Shown here: positions 1-11,870 of the stretch, one piece after another
How the letters are laid out: every line of letters starts with the position of its first letter
Position numbering within the stretch: position 1 is the stretch's first letter
Source of the DNA: Octopus bimaculoides
Taxonomy: Eukaryota
Assembly: GCF_001194135.2 (NCBI RefSeq)
Contig: NC_068987.1
Coordinates: 36,265,362 to 36,329,361, forward strand
Direction: 5' to 3'
DNA: 64,000 bases
Position numbers and translations under genes: made by a program
Notes under the pieces: generated by a model
Database searches by the model: none
What the model was told of the DNA's origin: nothing
The model's input: only the letters and a program-made list of their open reading frames with translations

Positions 1-544
1 AACTCACGTTTTATTATTTGAAACAAGGTGTTTGCTTATGTATTGCATCAGTATTCAGTCATTAGAAACTATTAAGGTGTGAAAGAAAATTATATCAGCT
101 AACACATTTTCAAGGTTAAAGTGTTCATTGAAAAATGGAAATGCGTACACGATCAAGAATAGAGTCTGGAATAGAAAAATTCTTAAATGCAGCATACCTA
201 GAGATTAGACGGAAATTGAATTATCATGTAGGAGAAAGTCACTTTAGATGAATTTGTTGATAATGCTGCAACTCTAATCATTGACTTGCACTTGTTGGCA
301 GTGCAAATATAGCGCGTTATTGATAGCGTTGATCAAAATAATTAGCTGATAAATGTGCACCCTATCTCATATCTTCGAGTATTCAGTGCCCAGTACCATA
401 TGTATTGCATTGCAACACGCTTTCAATCACAGACACTAACACACAAGTACAAACACACGCTTACACACACTAATGCACATATACGCATATAAGACACCTA
501 TCTATTTACATATGTGTTACATGGTAACACATATACATTTATGT

Positions 545-1480
545 ATGTAAGTTAGGAGCGATAGTGGCGTCAATTACACTCAGAGATTTCAGGTAGTGTT
601 AAGTAAGTGCTAAGGAAAGATTATAGTTAAGCTCCAGGTTCGGTAATTATACGTATAAGGGGTCAAACGTAGGTCATATATCAGCCTGTGAATATAAGGA
701 TTTACTTTTTGTAATGAGATAAAAAAAAAAGGGCTGAATATAATATAGAACATTTATAAATAGATGGTCTTACAGTTGTTTCCAGGATATTTTTATATCC
801 CTTCATCGGAGACGGTGTGAGAGGATAGCTGAGCAATAGTTAGTTTAGATAAGATAGGAAATAGAGAGTAAATGTAGGGTTAATGTATTTGCAAATCCAT
901 TGTTTTGGCAGAATGGTTTACATATAAGATTCCAATACCTTGTGAGTAAGATCAAATAGTCCTAAAGTTTGGTCGTTGCCTTTGTAAATCCATTATTAAG
1001 TTTCCAATACTCTATGAGTAAAATCCAACCGTCTTTGAAATTGTTCATTCCAAATACAGATTTTATACACAGTGTTATTGAATCAAGGGTTCTGTTTAAA
1101 GTGACCTAAGAGCAAAGAATTTATTAGTACGGTCAAATCAAAAACAGGAGGAGAGGAATATAGAAGAGGGGAAAAAAGGAAGAGAAGAATGAAGAAGAGG
1201 AAAAAAGGAAGGCGGGGAGAAACAGAGGAAAATGGAAGAAGAAAATAATAAAAGGAATACAAAAATAGAGATAAGGGAAAGTGTACCAGAATGTTCAGTG
1301 AATATAATAAGAAGGTAGGAACGGCAGGATAAGGGTGAAAGAGGGAGAAATATATTAGAGTGTAGAAAGATAGAAGAAATGGGGAGGTTATGGAGAGAGA
1401 GAGATATAAATATTTAAGGAGTTTCAATTGTAGTGGTCGAGTCTAAATGATGGGGTAGAGAAAAGAAATAGGATGTTTGG
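545..1480 (-). mobile_element. Penelope-like (PLE) derived, largely non-coding repeat carrying a hammerhead motif
   Basis: Contains the hammerhead at 767-813 and a purine-rich tract (1140-1420). No intact ORF. PLE assignment is inferred from the hammerhead context; boundaries are approximate. Confidence 0.5.
767..813 (-). ncRNA. Minimal type-I hammerhead ribozyme (CCGAUGA core variant)
   Basis: Minus strand reads GUCU-CCGAUGA-AGGGAUAU AAAA AUAUCCUG-GAAAC AACU GUA-AGAC. Helix I GUCU/AGAC is a perfect 4 bp, helix II is about 7 bp, helix III ACAACUGU is one base from the palindrome ACAGCUGU, and the cleavage triplet is GUA. Confidence 0.8.
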
Positions 1481-1569
1481 ACAGGTCATTAGTAGTGGTA
1501 GTAGAATACAAACATGTGTACGTATGTATGCATTAGACCTGTACATTTATACATATATATATGATGGTG

Positions 1570-2585
1570 GGAGATATCGTCTCCTTGTTTTTCTAAAATG
1601 TACCATAAATGTTCGATAATATTGAGATCTGGGGACTGTGGGGGCCAGATACGATGTTCCTCGTGCCATTCAGTAGCAATTTTAGCTGTGTGAATTGGTG
1701 CATTATCATCCTGAAAGATTGTTTTTCTCTCTGGAAACAGTTTCGCAAACATAGGATGAAGTTTATCAGATAAAATGCTTCCATAGTCTTGACTATTAAA
1801 TTCTGCTATAAAGGGAGACCATTGGGCTGGCGGATTTCCAAGATATAACCCCCAGATCGTCACAGATCCTCCTCCAAGTTTAACAGTTGGAAGAAGGCAG
1901 TCTGAGCCAAATGATTCTTTTGGCTGTCTCCACACGTATACTCGACCCTTGGTCGGAAATAATGTAAAGGATGACTCGTTCGAGAAAATAACATTCTTCC
2001 ACTGCTCTGTAGGTTTTTAGTCCACTCTAAACGCTTTGCAACATTTGTTTTTGAAAGTAGTGTTTTTCTAATTGCAGCCCTCTCGTGAAATCCGGCTTTG
2101 TGCAGCTCTCGACAAACAGTTTTTGTGAAAACTGAGTTCTCGAGGTGATCATTAAGTGCTGCAGTAATTTTGTGATCCTTTCTAACCATTCGCCTAAGAT
2201 TCCGACGGTCCATATCTGAAAGTTTTGGTTTTCTTCCGGAGTTTAGCTTCGACGAGAAGGTCTTTCCCTCTTTCTCAAATGCTGTCATTACTTTCGAGAC
2301 AGTTCTTCTTGATACACCAAACATTTTCGTTACGCTAACGCCTGCCATACGAGAACCAACAGTTTGAACTCTTTGAAAGTCCAATAGATCTGTCATTTTA
2401 ATGAATTTTAATTACCTTTTTCTGATGTTATCTGAAACGAAACAGCAATTTTAGTAAAGCATCTTAAGCAAAACTAATAATAAATCAAATAACATTAAAA
2501 TAAAGAAGTTTTTGGCGGTTTTATAGATATTTCAAAATTATGATGCTATGATGCTAGGTGTTTCCGTCATTTTGTCCATCACCTG
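1570..2585 (-). pseudogene. Tc1-family (DD34E) transposase fossil with one intact TIR
   Basis: ORFs 1860-2396 (HTH: GVSRRTVSKVM, SGRKPKLS, TKTVCRELHK) and 1489-1935 (PTVKLGGGSV, IFQDDNAPIH, WPPQSPDLNIIEHLW) joined by frameshifts. TIR CAGGTGATGGACAAAATGACGGAAACAC at 2558-2585 is followed by TA (2586-87). No 3' TIR found. Confidence 0.92.
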
Positions 2586-2642
2586 TATGTATGCACGTAC
2601 CTGCGTATGTATGTATGTGTGTATGTATGTATGTATGTATGT

Positions 2643-2965
2643 ATTCAATCAGTTTCATTTCTATATCTCTTGTCCATAGAGAAAGAGACAGACTCTAACA
2701 TAGATTCAAGGCTCTTTCATTGGAACTTTTATCAACATCATCTAGGTATTTGTGCATATGTGTGTGCAGTATTTGGTGTTAGTGTATGCGCAGATTTGTA
2801 TGTTTGTTTTATGGATGCGTTTTTATGTATATATTTTCATGTCTAGATGCATGCATATGTATTTATGTGCTAAATTTTTGGAAAGTTTTACATATATTTA
2901 CAGTTCCATTGATGGCTTGAATTTGTAGTCTTCTATTCAGCCTTTTTCTTTCAGGTTTTGAGAAT
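2643..2965 (-). mobile_element. 3' end of RLE (R4/Dong-type) LINE, family A, copy 1
   Basis: Aligns by eye with 30185-30450 and 39630-39900 (CTAGATxCAAGxCTCxTTCATTGGAATTT; GGAAAGxTTTACA...CAGTTCCAxTGATGGCTTGAAT). Confidence 0.75.
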
Positions 2966-2994
2966 GTATGTATGTATGCATGTATGTATGTATG

Positions 2995-3025
<31 letters not shown>

Positions 3026-4369
3026 GCATGTATGCATGTATGTATGTGTGTATGTATGTATAAAGCCGAATGGTGACACGTGTTTTTATGAATGCGTTAT
3101 CATTATTTCATATTCTGCTTGTAATAAATTAGCTGGAGTTTATTTTAGCTCTACCCAATATGCATCTTATTTATTCATTACTTCCCTTATAGTCTCCCAT
3201 AGCTTTGAACTTCAGACAGAGTTTCTTTCACAGAAATGTTGTTTACATAAAGCTACACTAGACGTTTGGGACGGAAAATCGCTTTCTCAGCATTTTTTAC
3301 TTTCATATAATGTTGATGTTACTTTCGATGTAAAACGTCATTACAGTGAGGTTACTAGTTGGGAGTGTTTCTGAAAAGTATGCTACAATTTAATGTGTTA
3401 TCAGGTGAGTCCGAGCATCAAACCTTCAATTGTACTAGAATACTACAACAAACAACCTTCTGGTTAGCTTTAAGCAGACATGATCAGATAATAGTATCTA
3501 CTAAACGAAACTGAAGCACGTTATATATATATATANNNNNNNNNNNNNNNNNNNNNNNNNNNNNNNNNNNNNNNNNNNNNNNNNNNNNNNNNNNNNNNNN
3601 NNNNNNNNNNNNNNNNNNNNNNNNNNNNNNNNNNNNNNNNNNNNNNNNNNNNNNNNNNNNNNNNNNNNNNNNNNNNNNNNNNNNNNNNNNNNNNNNNNNN
3701 NNNNNNNNNNNNNNNNNNNNNNNNNNNNNNNNNNNNNNNNNNNNNNNNNNNNNNNNNNNNNNNNNNNNNNNNNNNNNNNNNNNNNNNNNNNNNNNNNNNN
3801 NNNNNNNNNNNNNNNNNNNNNNNNNNNNNNNNNNNNNNNNNNNNNNNNNNNNNNNNNNNNNNNNNNNNNNNNNNNNNNNNNNNNNNNNNNNNNNNNNNNN
3901 NNNNNNNNNNNNNNNNNNNNNNNNNNNNNNNNNNNNNNNNNNNNNNNNNNNNNNNNNNNNNNNNNNNNNNNNNNNNNNNNNNNNNNNNNNNNNNNNNNNN
4001 NNNNNNNNNNNNNNNNNNNNNNNNNNNNNNNNNNNNNNNNNNNNNNNNNNNNNNNNNNNNNNNNNNNNNNNNNNNNNNNNNNNNNNNNNNNNNNNNNNNN
4101 NNNNNNNNNNNNNNNNNNNNNNNNNNNNNNNNNNNNNNNNNNNNNNNTATATATATATGTATATATAATGTAAATGCAAAAAATAAAAACAAAACACAAA
4201 GGATTCTGCGGTACACGTGTTTCAAGCTTTATAGTTGTTACATCAGTGTATAATTGGCAGTATAAAGCTATGTGTGTGTGTGTTCTTCGCAACAGCGGAT
4301 ACTAGTGCAAGTCCACTATATAAATTACATCAACAACACAATAAACAGAAGCAAAAAAAGCAAAACTAG

Positions 4370-5000
4370 AATAAGGAAATAATCTGGTTCAATTCTCCTT
4401 CAACATGCAAGTCTCTTTCACAATGCCTGTTCTTTACTCAAAATCCTTTTAAAACGTGTTCATTCCAACCATAATTAATACAAGCTAAATAAGAAACACA
4501 ATCAACGCGTAAATGTCATTCTCCACAACTAGCTATTAGATATCTAGGAAATTGTAACCACCTAAAATGTTCAAAACAGGAGAACGAAACACATATCAAC
4601 TTCAGCTGCATTTCATCCTTCGCCAAAATAGATATTGTTCCACAAATAACTTTACATAAACGTAATCCGTAACCACTAACACTAAAACATCAGCTTCAAA
4701 CACATATATAACAAACCAATCTAAGGAAGGAAGGAACCAACACAAAAATATATTTCGTTATAGGAAAAATGGCACTTCACTATACAAACATATTTTGGAC
4801 ATTAAAGTTTTAAAATTTGCCATTTAATATCGATTACAAAATATCGGCGAATACCAAGCAAGCAAAGACCTTACCAAATCTGTACGCTGAATCCTATCAA
4901 ACACTTTCTTGTTTAATTTCCAAATACCTAACTATATTTCGCGGATAATCTCCTGAGGCCAAAACAAACTATTCAAAACTAATATATTTCAAACATATAA
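4370..5000 (+). mobile_element. Degenerate PLE fragment (RT thumb/linker to GIY-YIG C-terminus)
   Basis: Translates IWFNSPFN, a PLE IIWFNPP-like motif; the remainder is heavily decayed. Confidence 0.4.
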
Positions 5001-5310
5001 ATTCTCTAACGGCTAAGGATGACGATATCTCTCTCCACCTACTCATTTTCTACTATAGCTTACTTATGAAGCGAAAAAATATTCTTTTACTATTACCATA
5101 CGGTGCGGGTCTCCACTCAAAATGTCGACTACAATTATCTAAAAGTAATATAACTAAATATGAAATCATGTGCATTTAATTCTGCGGAGCAAAATTTGTG
5201 TAAACGTAGTTGTGCCACTGCATCTATTTATATGGACTTATGAATATACATACACTACGCCATATGGGTTAGTTTAAATTAGGCTGTAGATAAGGATAGG
5301 TAAAAGCTCG

Positions 5311-5371
<61 letters not shown>

Positions 5372-5372
5372 G
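5311..5372. repeat. (TAGA)n microsatellite
   Basis: Direct read. Confidence 0.98.
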
Positions 5373-5795
5373 GGTGTGCACAGGTATATGGGTCAGCGTG
5401 TGTATATTTGATCATTTACCGCTATATAAATGTGTGCATATATATATATATATATATGTACCTATGTAAACGAACGTGTATGATCAACACTGAGTATAGA
5501 TTAGTGTATGTGCTGTTTCAGTGTGTAATTATGTTTATGTGTGTCTGTGCAAGTGGTCGAATATGTGTGAAAGTATGTATATGTTCGTTGATATGTACGT
5601 GTCGGTATGCATGTATATGTATATGTGTGTGTGTATGTGCATATGCCTTCTTATATAAATGCATGCATGGATGTATATGTACACGTGGACATATACAATT
5701 ATATATGTAAGCATATAATTCTATACACATATAGATATCTCTACATACATACGTACATACAGCTATACATACACGCGTGCGTGCACGTATACACA

Positions 5796-5835
<40 letters not shown>

Positions 5836-6159
5836 TAGTATACCTTGATGCGGTTCATTTTATGAGGTATTATACGCACGATTCTGTTCCCAACCTCATT
5901 TCACTGTAATCGCCTTATTCGAATACGTAAAGATTATATTTTCATTAACAATATAGGATGATACCAGAAAATGATTCATAATGGTTATGGAGCAAGCGAG
6001 AGCAACTAAGCTAGAAGCCAAGAGGAGGAGATGAGTAACAATAAATCCACCGCTGCCCACTTAAGAACGGGAAGTTGTTAAGTTTTAGGGTTGAAACACC
6101 CAAAGGTCTATCAATATACTGTGATGATATAAACTTCTCTTGGTCAAAGTTATACTTAC

Positions 6160-6213
6160 CAAAGGTGGATGAAGAAGTGGTTTCTTTTTAACAAAAAAAT
6201 CATTCTCTACTGA
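6160..6213 (-). CDS. Candidate internal coding exon of an unidentified host gene (SVENDFFVKKKPLLHPPL)
   Basis: Minus strand: ttatttgctaaatttcAG|TCAGTA...CCTTTG|GTAAGT. 54 nt, phase 0/0, only one open frame, in non-repetitive-looking sequence. No homology recognised. Confidence 0.4.
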
Positions 6214-8179
6214 CTGAAATTTAGCAAATAATGTATTGAGTTTATTGTAGTTATATGAAATTTCATACGTTTTGTTGAAGGATACAGTAGATTGCTCTAA
6301 CATTTGCGGTTACAAAGGAAGAAAGACCGCAAAGCTCCCTCGTATTTTACAGGTAATACACTGATCAAAGTATTAGTCTTAACTCTGGAAATATAGAAGC
6401 TAAGCTGGTAAGATAAGAGATGCAATGTCTATTAGAATATATATAAATAAATCTATATCTGTGTGTTTATGTGTCTATACATATATATACATATGCATGT
6501 ACACTCACACACGCACATACACACATACATACATACATACATACATACATACATACATAATAAATACATACATACATATATGCATACATACATACTCACG
6601 CACACACCTATATACATGTATATGCATACATTTATGAATATGTATTGTTTAATTTACGAGAATCCTTTCTACCTTGAAGGGTTTGCTTTCGAACGAGGAT
6701 ATGTATGTTTATCTCTTAATATGGCTGCATGCATGTTAGTGTTTGTATGCATGTATGTATATCTGTGTTTGTTATGGGCGTTTGTTTCTGTGTGTGATTG
6801 AAGGTATGCATCTGTATAGGTTTTGTAGATCGATAACATCATACGATTTTGGAAGTACACAATGATTCGATTTTAATTTACATTAAATAATTGCTAAACA
6901 ATGTTTTCTAAGTTGCGATAACAATTCCATGAAAATCTAGAACACTACTATAGTTTAGTTTAAAAGGTCCATACTCTCTTTTTCTCTGCTTAACTTTTTT
7001 TATACTTTATTGCCAATTCTAATCATTCTTTTCACAATTTTCTTTCCGATTCCATTTCATCTCAATATTATCAATTATAGATACTTTTAAAAGCATTTCT
7101 TTTTTCTGGGTTTATTTTCATTATACTTTATAGCTTCTTATTTAATAAATCTTTTAGAAAAATTATTATTCTATTAATCTATTGTGAAGAATCCAATTAT
7201 AGAGCTTTGGTATTGAAATAAATATAATTTCCCATTCTGTTTTGACAAAACATCTAAAATATATTTCTTTAAATGAATAAATGTGCTGTGTTCTCCTAAT
7301 AAATATTCACATATTCAATTAGCCATAGAATAATCTTAAAATATACAGCAACTCAAGACACTCTGTTAACTAATTCCATTACAAGCACTTACTAAAGGAA
7401 TTATAAAATGACTTTTTATGTTTTACATTTAACGTATGGAGGTATATTTACAAATTGATTAACGGGCTTCATATTTATAAACACATGCATACACACAAGA
7501 AAGACAGAGGGAGCTGGCTACCTATAGATATGTTTCTTTATTACCCACNNNNNNNNNNNNNNNNNNNNNNNNNNNNNNNNNNNNNNNNNNNNNNNNNNNN
7601 NNNNNNNNNNNNNNNNNNNNNNNNNNNNNNNNNNNNNNNNNNNNNNNNATCTTTTTAAGAGGTAATGTCGTATATCAGTTAGCAATACTTTCACTTCAAA
7701 AGCTTGTGTAGTAAGGTAATTTAGAAGCATTTCATTGATAACATTTAAAACAAAAATTATAATTACAATGATGTATAAGAATCAGCAGAAAATATAGAGT
7801 CGAGTCTGATACGACTGAAATGTCACATCCGTCGTTTATCGTTATCTTAAAAATACAATTATATTTCTATACACTCTCCATTTCTTGGAAAATTACCTTT
7901 GTTCAAATATTCTTTGATCCCCACCCAGACATATCAGTGAAACACCTCCACGCTTTTCCCCCTTATTTAATATTCAGATTTTTCAAACAACAAAGAAATT
8001 CTCTTTAACATACACATACATACACACACACACACACACACCACCACCATCACCACACACACACTACACACACACCACACACACACATATATACAGAGCG
8101 CGTAAGATATTCGAGGATATATCTATGTTTATAGAAAAAACATTTATATGATAACAGATAATAACTTTTATTTATCAAA

Positions 8180-9229
8180 AAAGGCTATGCAGGTAAAAAT
8201 AAACCTTTTCTATAATTTTACTCAATAAACGTACCTTCAGCTTCAACAACTGCTTCTATATGAGATGTAAATCATCTACATGCTCGAATCAAGTGGTCCT
8301 GGTTCATTTTAGACATTACTCTGGCCATGGTGTTCATTGACCTCTCGTTCTACAACGCTCCACTAGTAATAGGTCAACGGATTGAGACCTGGGGAATTAG
8401 AATGCCAAATGTTCGGGGTTATTTTCAGCCATCTATTTCTGTGTTACTAGAGCCATATGTGCAGAGTCGAGTCTTACTGACATACATATGGCCTTCCATC
8501 GCATACACTGTCTATCCAGGGCTTAACAATTATTTCCAGGACCTCAGTGTAGGCAGCAGTGTTAACTCTAAGGCCTTGTGGAAAAAGTAAAGAGACATCA
8601 CATGTCCTTCATTTCCGACAACCCCTAAAACCATGACAGTTGCAGGAAATATTGTATGCATAACACTTAGAACTTCAGAAGGGTCTGCACGTAACCATCT
8701 GTCATATCTTGTTAACTTTTTGATCTTCGTCGAAATTTTTCTCGTTTGAGCAAAACCCAAACAAATCTTCTTCTGTATTTTTCAGGTTAAGAGCCTTTTA
8801 AATCTGATGTAGTGATTTTTCTGTTGCTTTTTCTGACAAATTTACCATTCTTCATCATATAAGACTTGTGTCGTGGACAACATTTCTGCCTGTTCCTTCT
8901 GACACATGGAAATAATTTGCCACTGGAATTTCTGGGATTGTAATCGATGGTCTGTTGAGGTTGCTGGATACATTCATTGTTCTTATGATTTCAGAGCGTT
9001 TACAATGCTTTTTATGCTTTGATACTGGTGATCCGTTTCCATCTTCAGTCTCTCTAGCCCCTTACAACATTTGCAGACGAAAGATCTGGCAACTTTTAAA
9101 ACCCGAGATACTTCTAAATCACTATGCTTAGCGTTTATAACCACAATAACAACATGCCTCTTCATTTCTTGAGTAAGCGGAGGGTCTGCTATTATTATTT
9201 TCTGAAACAAAGATTATACAGAGTTAGCA
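8180..9229 (-). pseudogene. maT/Bmmar1-like (DD37D) Tc1/mariner transposase fossil
   Basis: N-terminal MKRHVVIV...DLEVSRVLKVARSFV (8983-9210); ADPSEVLSVMHTIFPATVMVLGVVGNEGHVM (8530-8760); W-NSPGLNP motif near 8370-8410; C-terminal MNxDHLIRACR-like segment near 8230-8310. The 5' end is lost in a gap. Subfamily assignment is from recalled motif similarity. Confidence 0.8.
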
Positions 9230-9280
9230 NNNNNNNNNNNNNNNNNNNNNNNNNNNNNNNNNNNNNNNNNNNNNNNNNNN

Positions 9281-9318
<38 letters not shown>

Positions 9319-11451
9319 TGAAAGTTTCAAAATTAGAACAGAAACGAAACAGGACAAACAGAAAGAAGTAAAAGGAGAAGTCAGAGTTATTTCCCCTTAG
9401 AACATGAACTGTAAGGCTGAAACAATAGTGGCTTAGAGTCCGTGGTACAGTTGGGCAGTCCGGAGTGGATGGCACTTTCCAATTCGTCAACGGCAACTTA
9501 GCCATATGCTGACAACCGTTGAAAATTGTGGATCTGGAATTCAGCAGTATATTAGAGTTCTTAGATCTGGAGAGGATCTGAGTTCTTTCAGCCTTGTATA
9601 GTTAAATTTTTGCTTCTTCCTGCATTCATTACCGGTTTTTCATCTTCCCACCTTACATAGCTACTTCTTTCTCAACTTTTCCCACTTTTTCTCTCATTCT
9701 CTCATCCCAGTTTTAGTTCGTTATGCCATGTGGGCAGTGCCTGATGATTGTGCTAGTACACCAGATGTGTTAAAACTACTACCTGGCATGCTCTCGGCGC
9801 ATGCAATTAATAGAAGTACATGAAAACATATTATGCTTATCGAATAATATATATGTACATATATGTGTGTGTGTGTGTCCGTGTGCGTGTGTGTGTGTGC
9901 GTGCGTGTGTGTGTGTGTGTGCGCGCTTGGGGGTTTCAAATGTAGAGAAAACAAAAGACAAGCACAAGTGAGATAACAACAGGGGAACAAAATATATATT
10001 ATCTAGTACTTCTTTCTATCACTAGACTGCAGCAATACTGCCGCAAACCTGGAATCGCTAAGATCATGGACGTAAATACACCAACAACTGTTTTATATNN
10101 NNNNNNNNNNNNNNNNNNNNNNNNNNNNNNNNNNNNNNNNNNNNNNNNNNNNNNNNNNNNNNNNNNNNNNNNNNNNNNNNNNNNNNNNNNNNNNNNNNNN
10201 NNTATATGTATATGTATATATATATGCATATACATATATATATATATGCATAGAAATATATTGATGTATATATATATGTGTATATATATACATATATATG
10301 TATATATATATTTACATATATGCATATATTTATATGCATATATAAATGTGTGTGTGTGTGTGTGTGTACGTGTGTGTGTATGTGGGTGTGTATGTGTGTA
10401 TGTATGTGTATGTATATACATATGTATGCATATATATGAATATATATGTATATATATATATATACATATATANNNNNNNNNNNNNNNNNNNNNNNNNNNN
10501 NNNNNNNNNNNNNNNNNNNNNNNNNNNNNNNNNNNNNNNNNNNNNNNNNNNNNNNNNNNNNNNNNNNNNNNNNNNNNNNNNNNNNNNNNNNNNNNNNNNN
10601 NNNNNNNNNNNNNNNNNNNNNNNNNNNNNNNNNNNNNNNNNNNNNNNNNNNNNNNNNNNNNNNNNNNNNNNNNNNNNNNNNNNNNNNNNNNNNNNNNNNN
10701 NNNNNNNNNNNNNNNNNNNNNNNNNNNNNNNNNNNNNNNNNNNNNNNNNNNNNNNNNNNNNNNNNNNNNNNNNNNNNNNNNNNNNNNNNNNNNNNNNNNN
10801 NNNNNNNNNNNNNNNNNNNNNNNNNNNNNNNNNNNNNNNNNNNNNNNNNNNNNNNNNNNNNNNNNNNNNNNNNNNNNNNNNNNNNNNNNNNNNNNNNNNN
10901 NNNNNNNNNNNNNNNNNNNNNNNNNNNNNNNNNNNNNNNNNNNNNNNNNNNNNNNNNNNNNNNNNNNNNNNNNNNNNNNNNNNNNNNNNNNNNNNNNNNN
11001 NNNNNNNNNNNNNNNNNNNNNNNNNNNNNNNNNNNNNNNNNNNNNNNNNNNNNNNNNNNNNNNNNNNNNNNNNNNNNNNNNNNNNNNNNNNNNNNNNNNN
11101 NNNNNNNNNNNNNNNNNNNNNNNNNNNNNNNNNNNNNNNNNNNNNNNNNNNNNNNNNNNNNNNNNNNNNNNNNNNNNNNNNNNNNNNNNNNNNNNNNNNN
11201 NNNNNNNNNNNNNNNNNNNNNNNNNNNNNNNNNNNNNNNNNNNNNNNNNNNNNNNNNNNNNNNNNNNNNNNNNNNNNNNNNNNNNNNNNNNNNNNNNNNN
11301 NNNNNNNNNNNNNNNNNNNNNNNNNNNNNNNNNNNNNNNNNNNNNNNNNNNNNNNNNNNNNNNNNNNNNNNNNNNNNNNNNNNNNNNNNNNNNNNNNNNN
11401 NNNNNNNNNNNNNNNNNNNNNNNNNNNATATATATATTCATACATATCGCT

Positions 11452-11870
11452 TGTTGATTCGTGTATTCTACGTGGAGAGTTTATTGGATTGTTACGCCCT
11501 TGTTACCCTGCTTCTGTATACTTTTTATTGCTACTACACGGTTATAGTGTAAAAAAAAGTATCTTCATAACAATATTGGCAACAATATTGGCAACGAGGC
11601 TTCGAAGCTCACGCAGGTCACAAACTTTTGTGATACAAAGTAGTTAATTGTAGAAGACGTATTTGATTCTGTATTATAGTTGCAAATGCAACAGCACCAG
11701 TAACAACAGGCGTTGCACCAACAACCTCAACAGCAGCAACAGCAGAAAGAGTCGGACAACAGTGCTCAATATTCGAACAACACTACGCAAGAGTCGAACA
11801 ATAGTACGCGAGACTTGAGCAACAATACTCAAGAGTCTAGCAACAATACTCACACTAGCGAAATCAACTA
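11452..11870 (+). mobile_element. Putative 5' end of a Ty3/gypsy (Mag-like) element: short LTR, PBS and Gln-rich gag start
   Basis: TGTT...AACA-bounded 121-bp segment (11452-11572). TGGCAACGAGG at 11589-11599 resembles a TGGCGACGAGG-type PBS and follows a duplicated ACAATATTGGCA. An MQQHQ*QQALHQQPQQQQQQ frame follows. No second LTR seen. Confidence 0.45.
11749..11853 (+). repeat. 21-bp minisatellite, 5 diverged units
   Basis: gagtcggacaacagtgctcaa / tattcgaacaacactacgcaa / gagtcgaacaatagtacgcga / gacttgagcaacaatactcaa / gagtctagcaacaatactcac. Confidence 0.85.
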
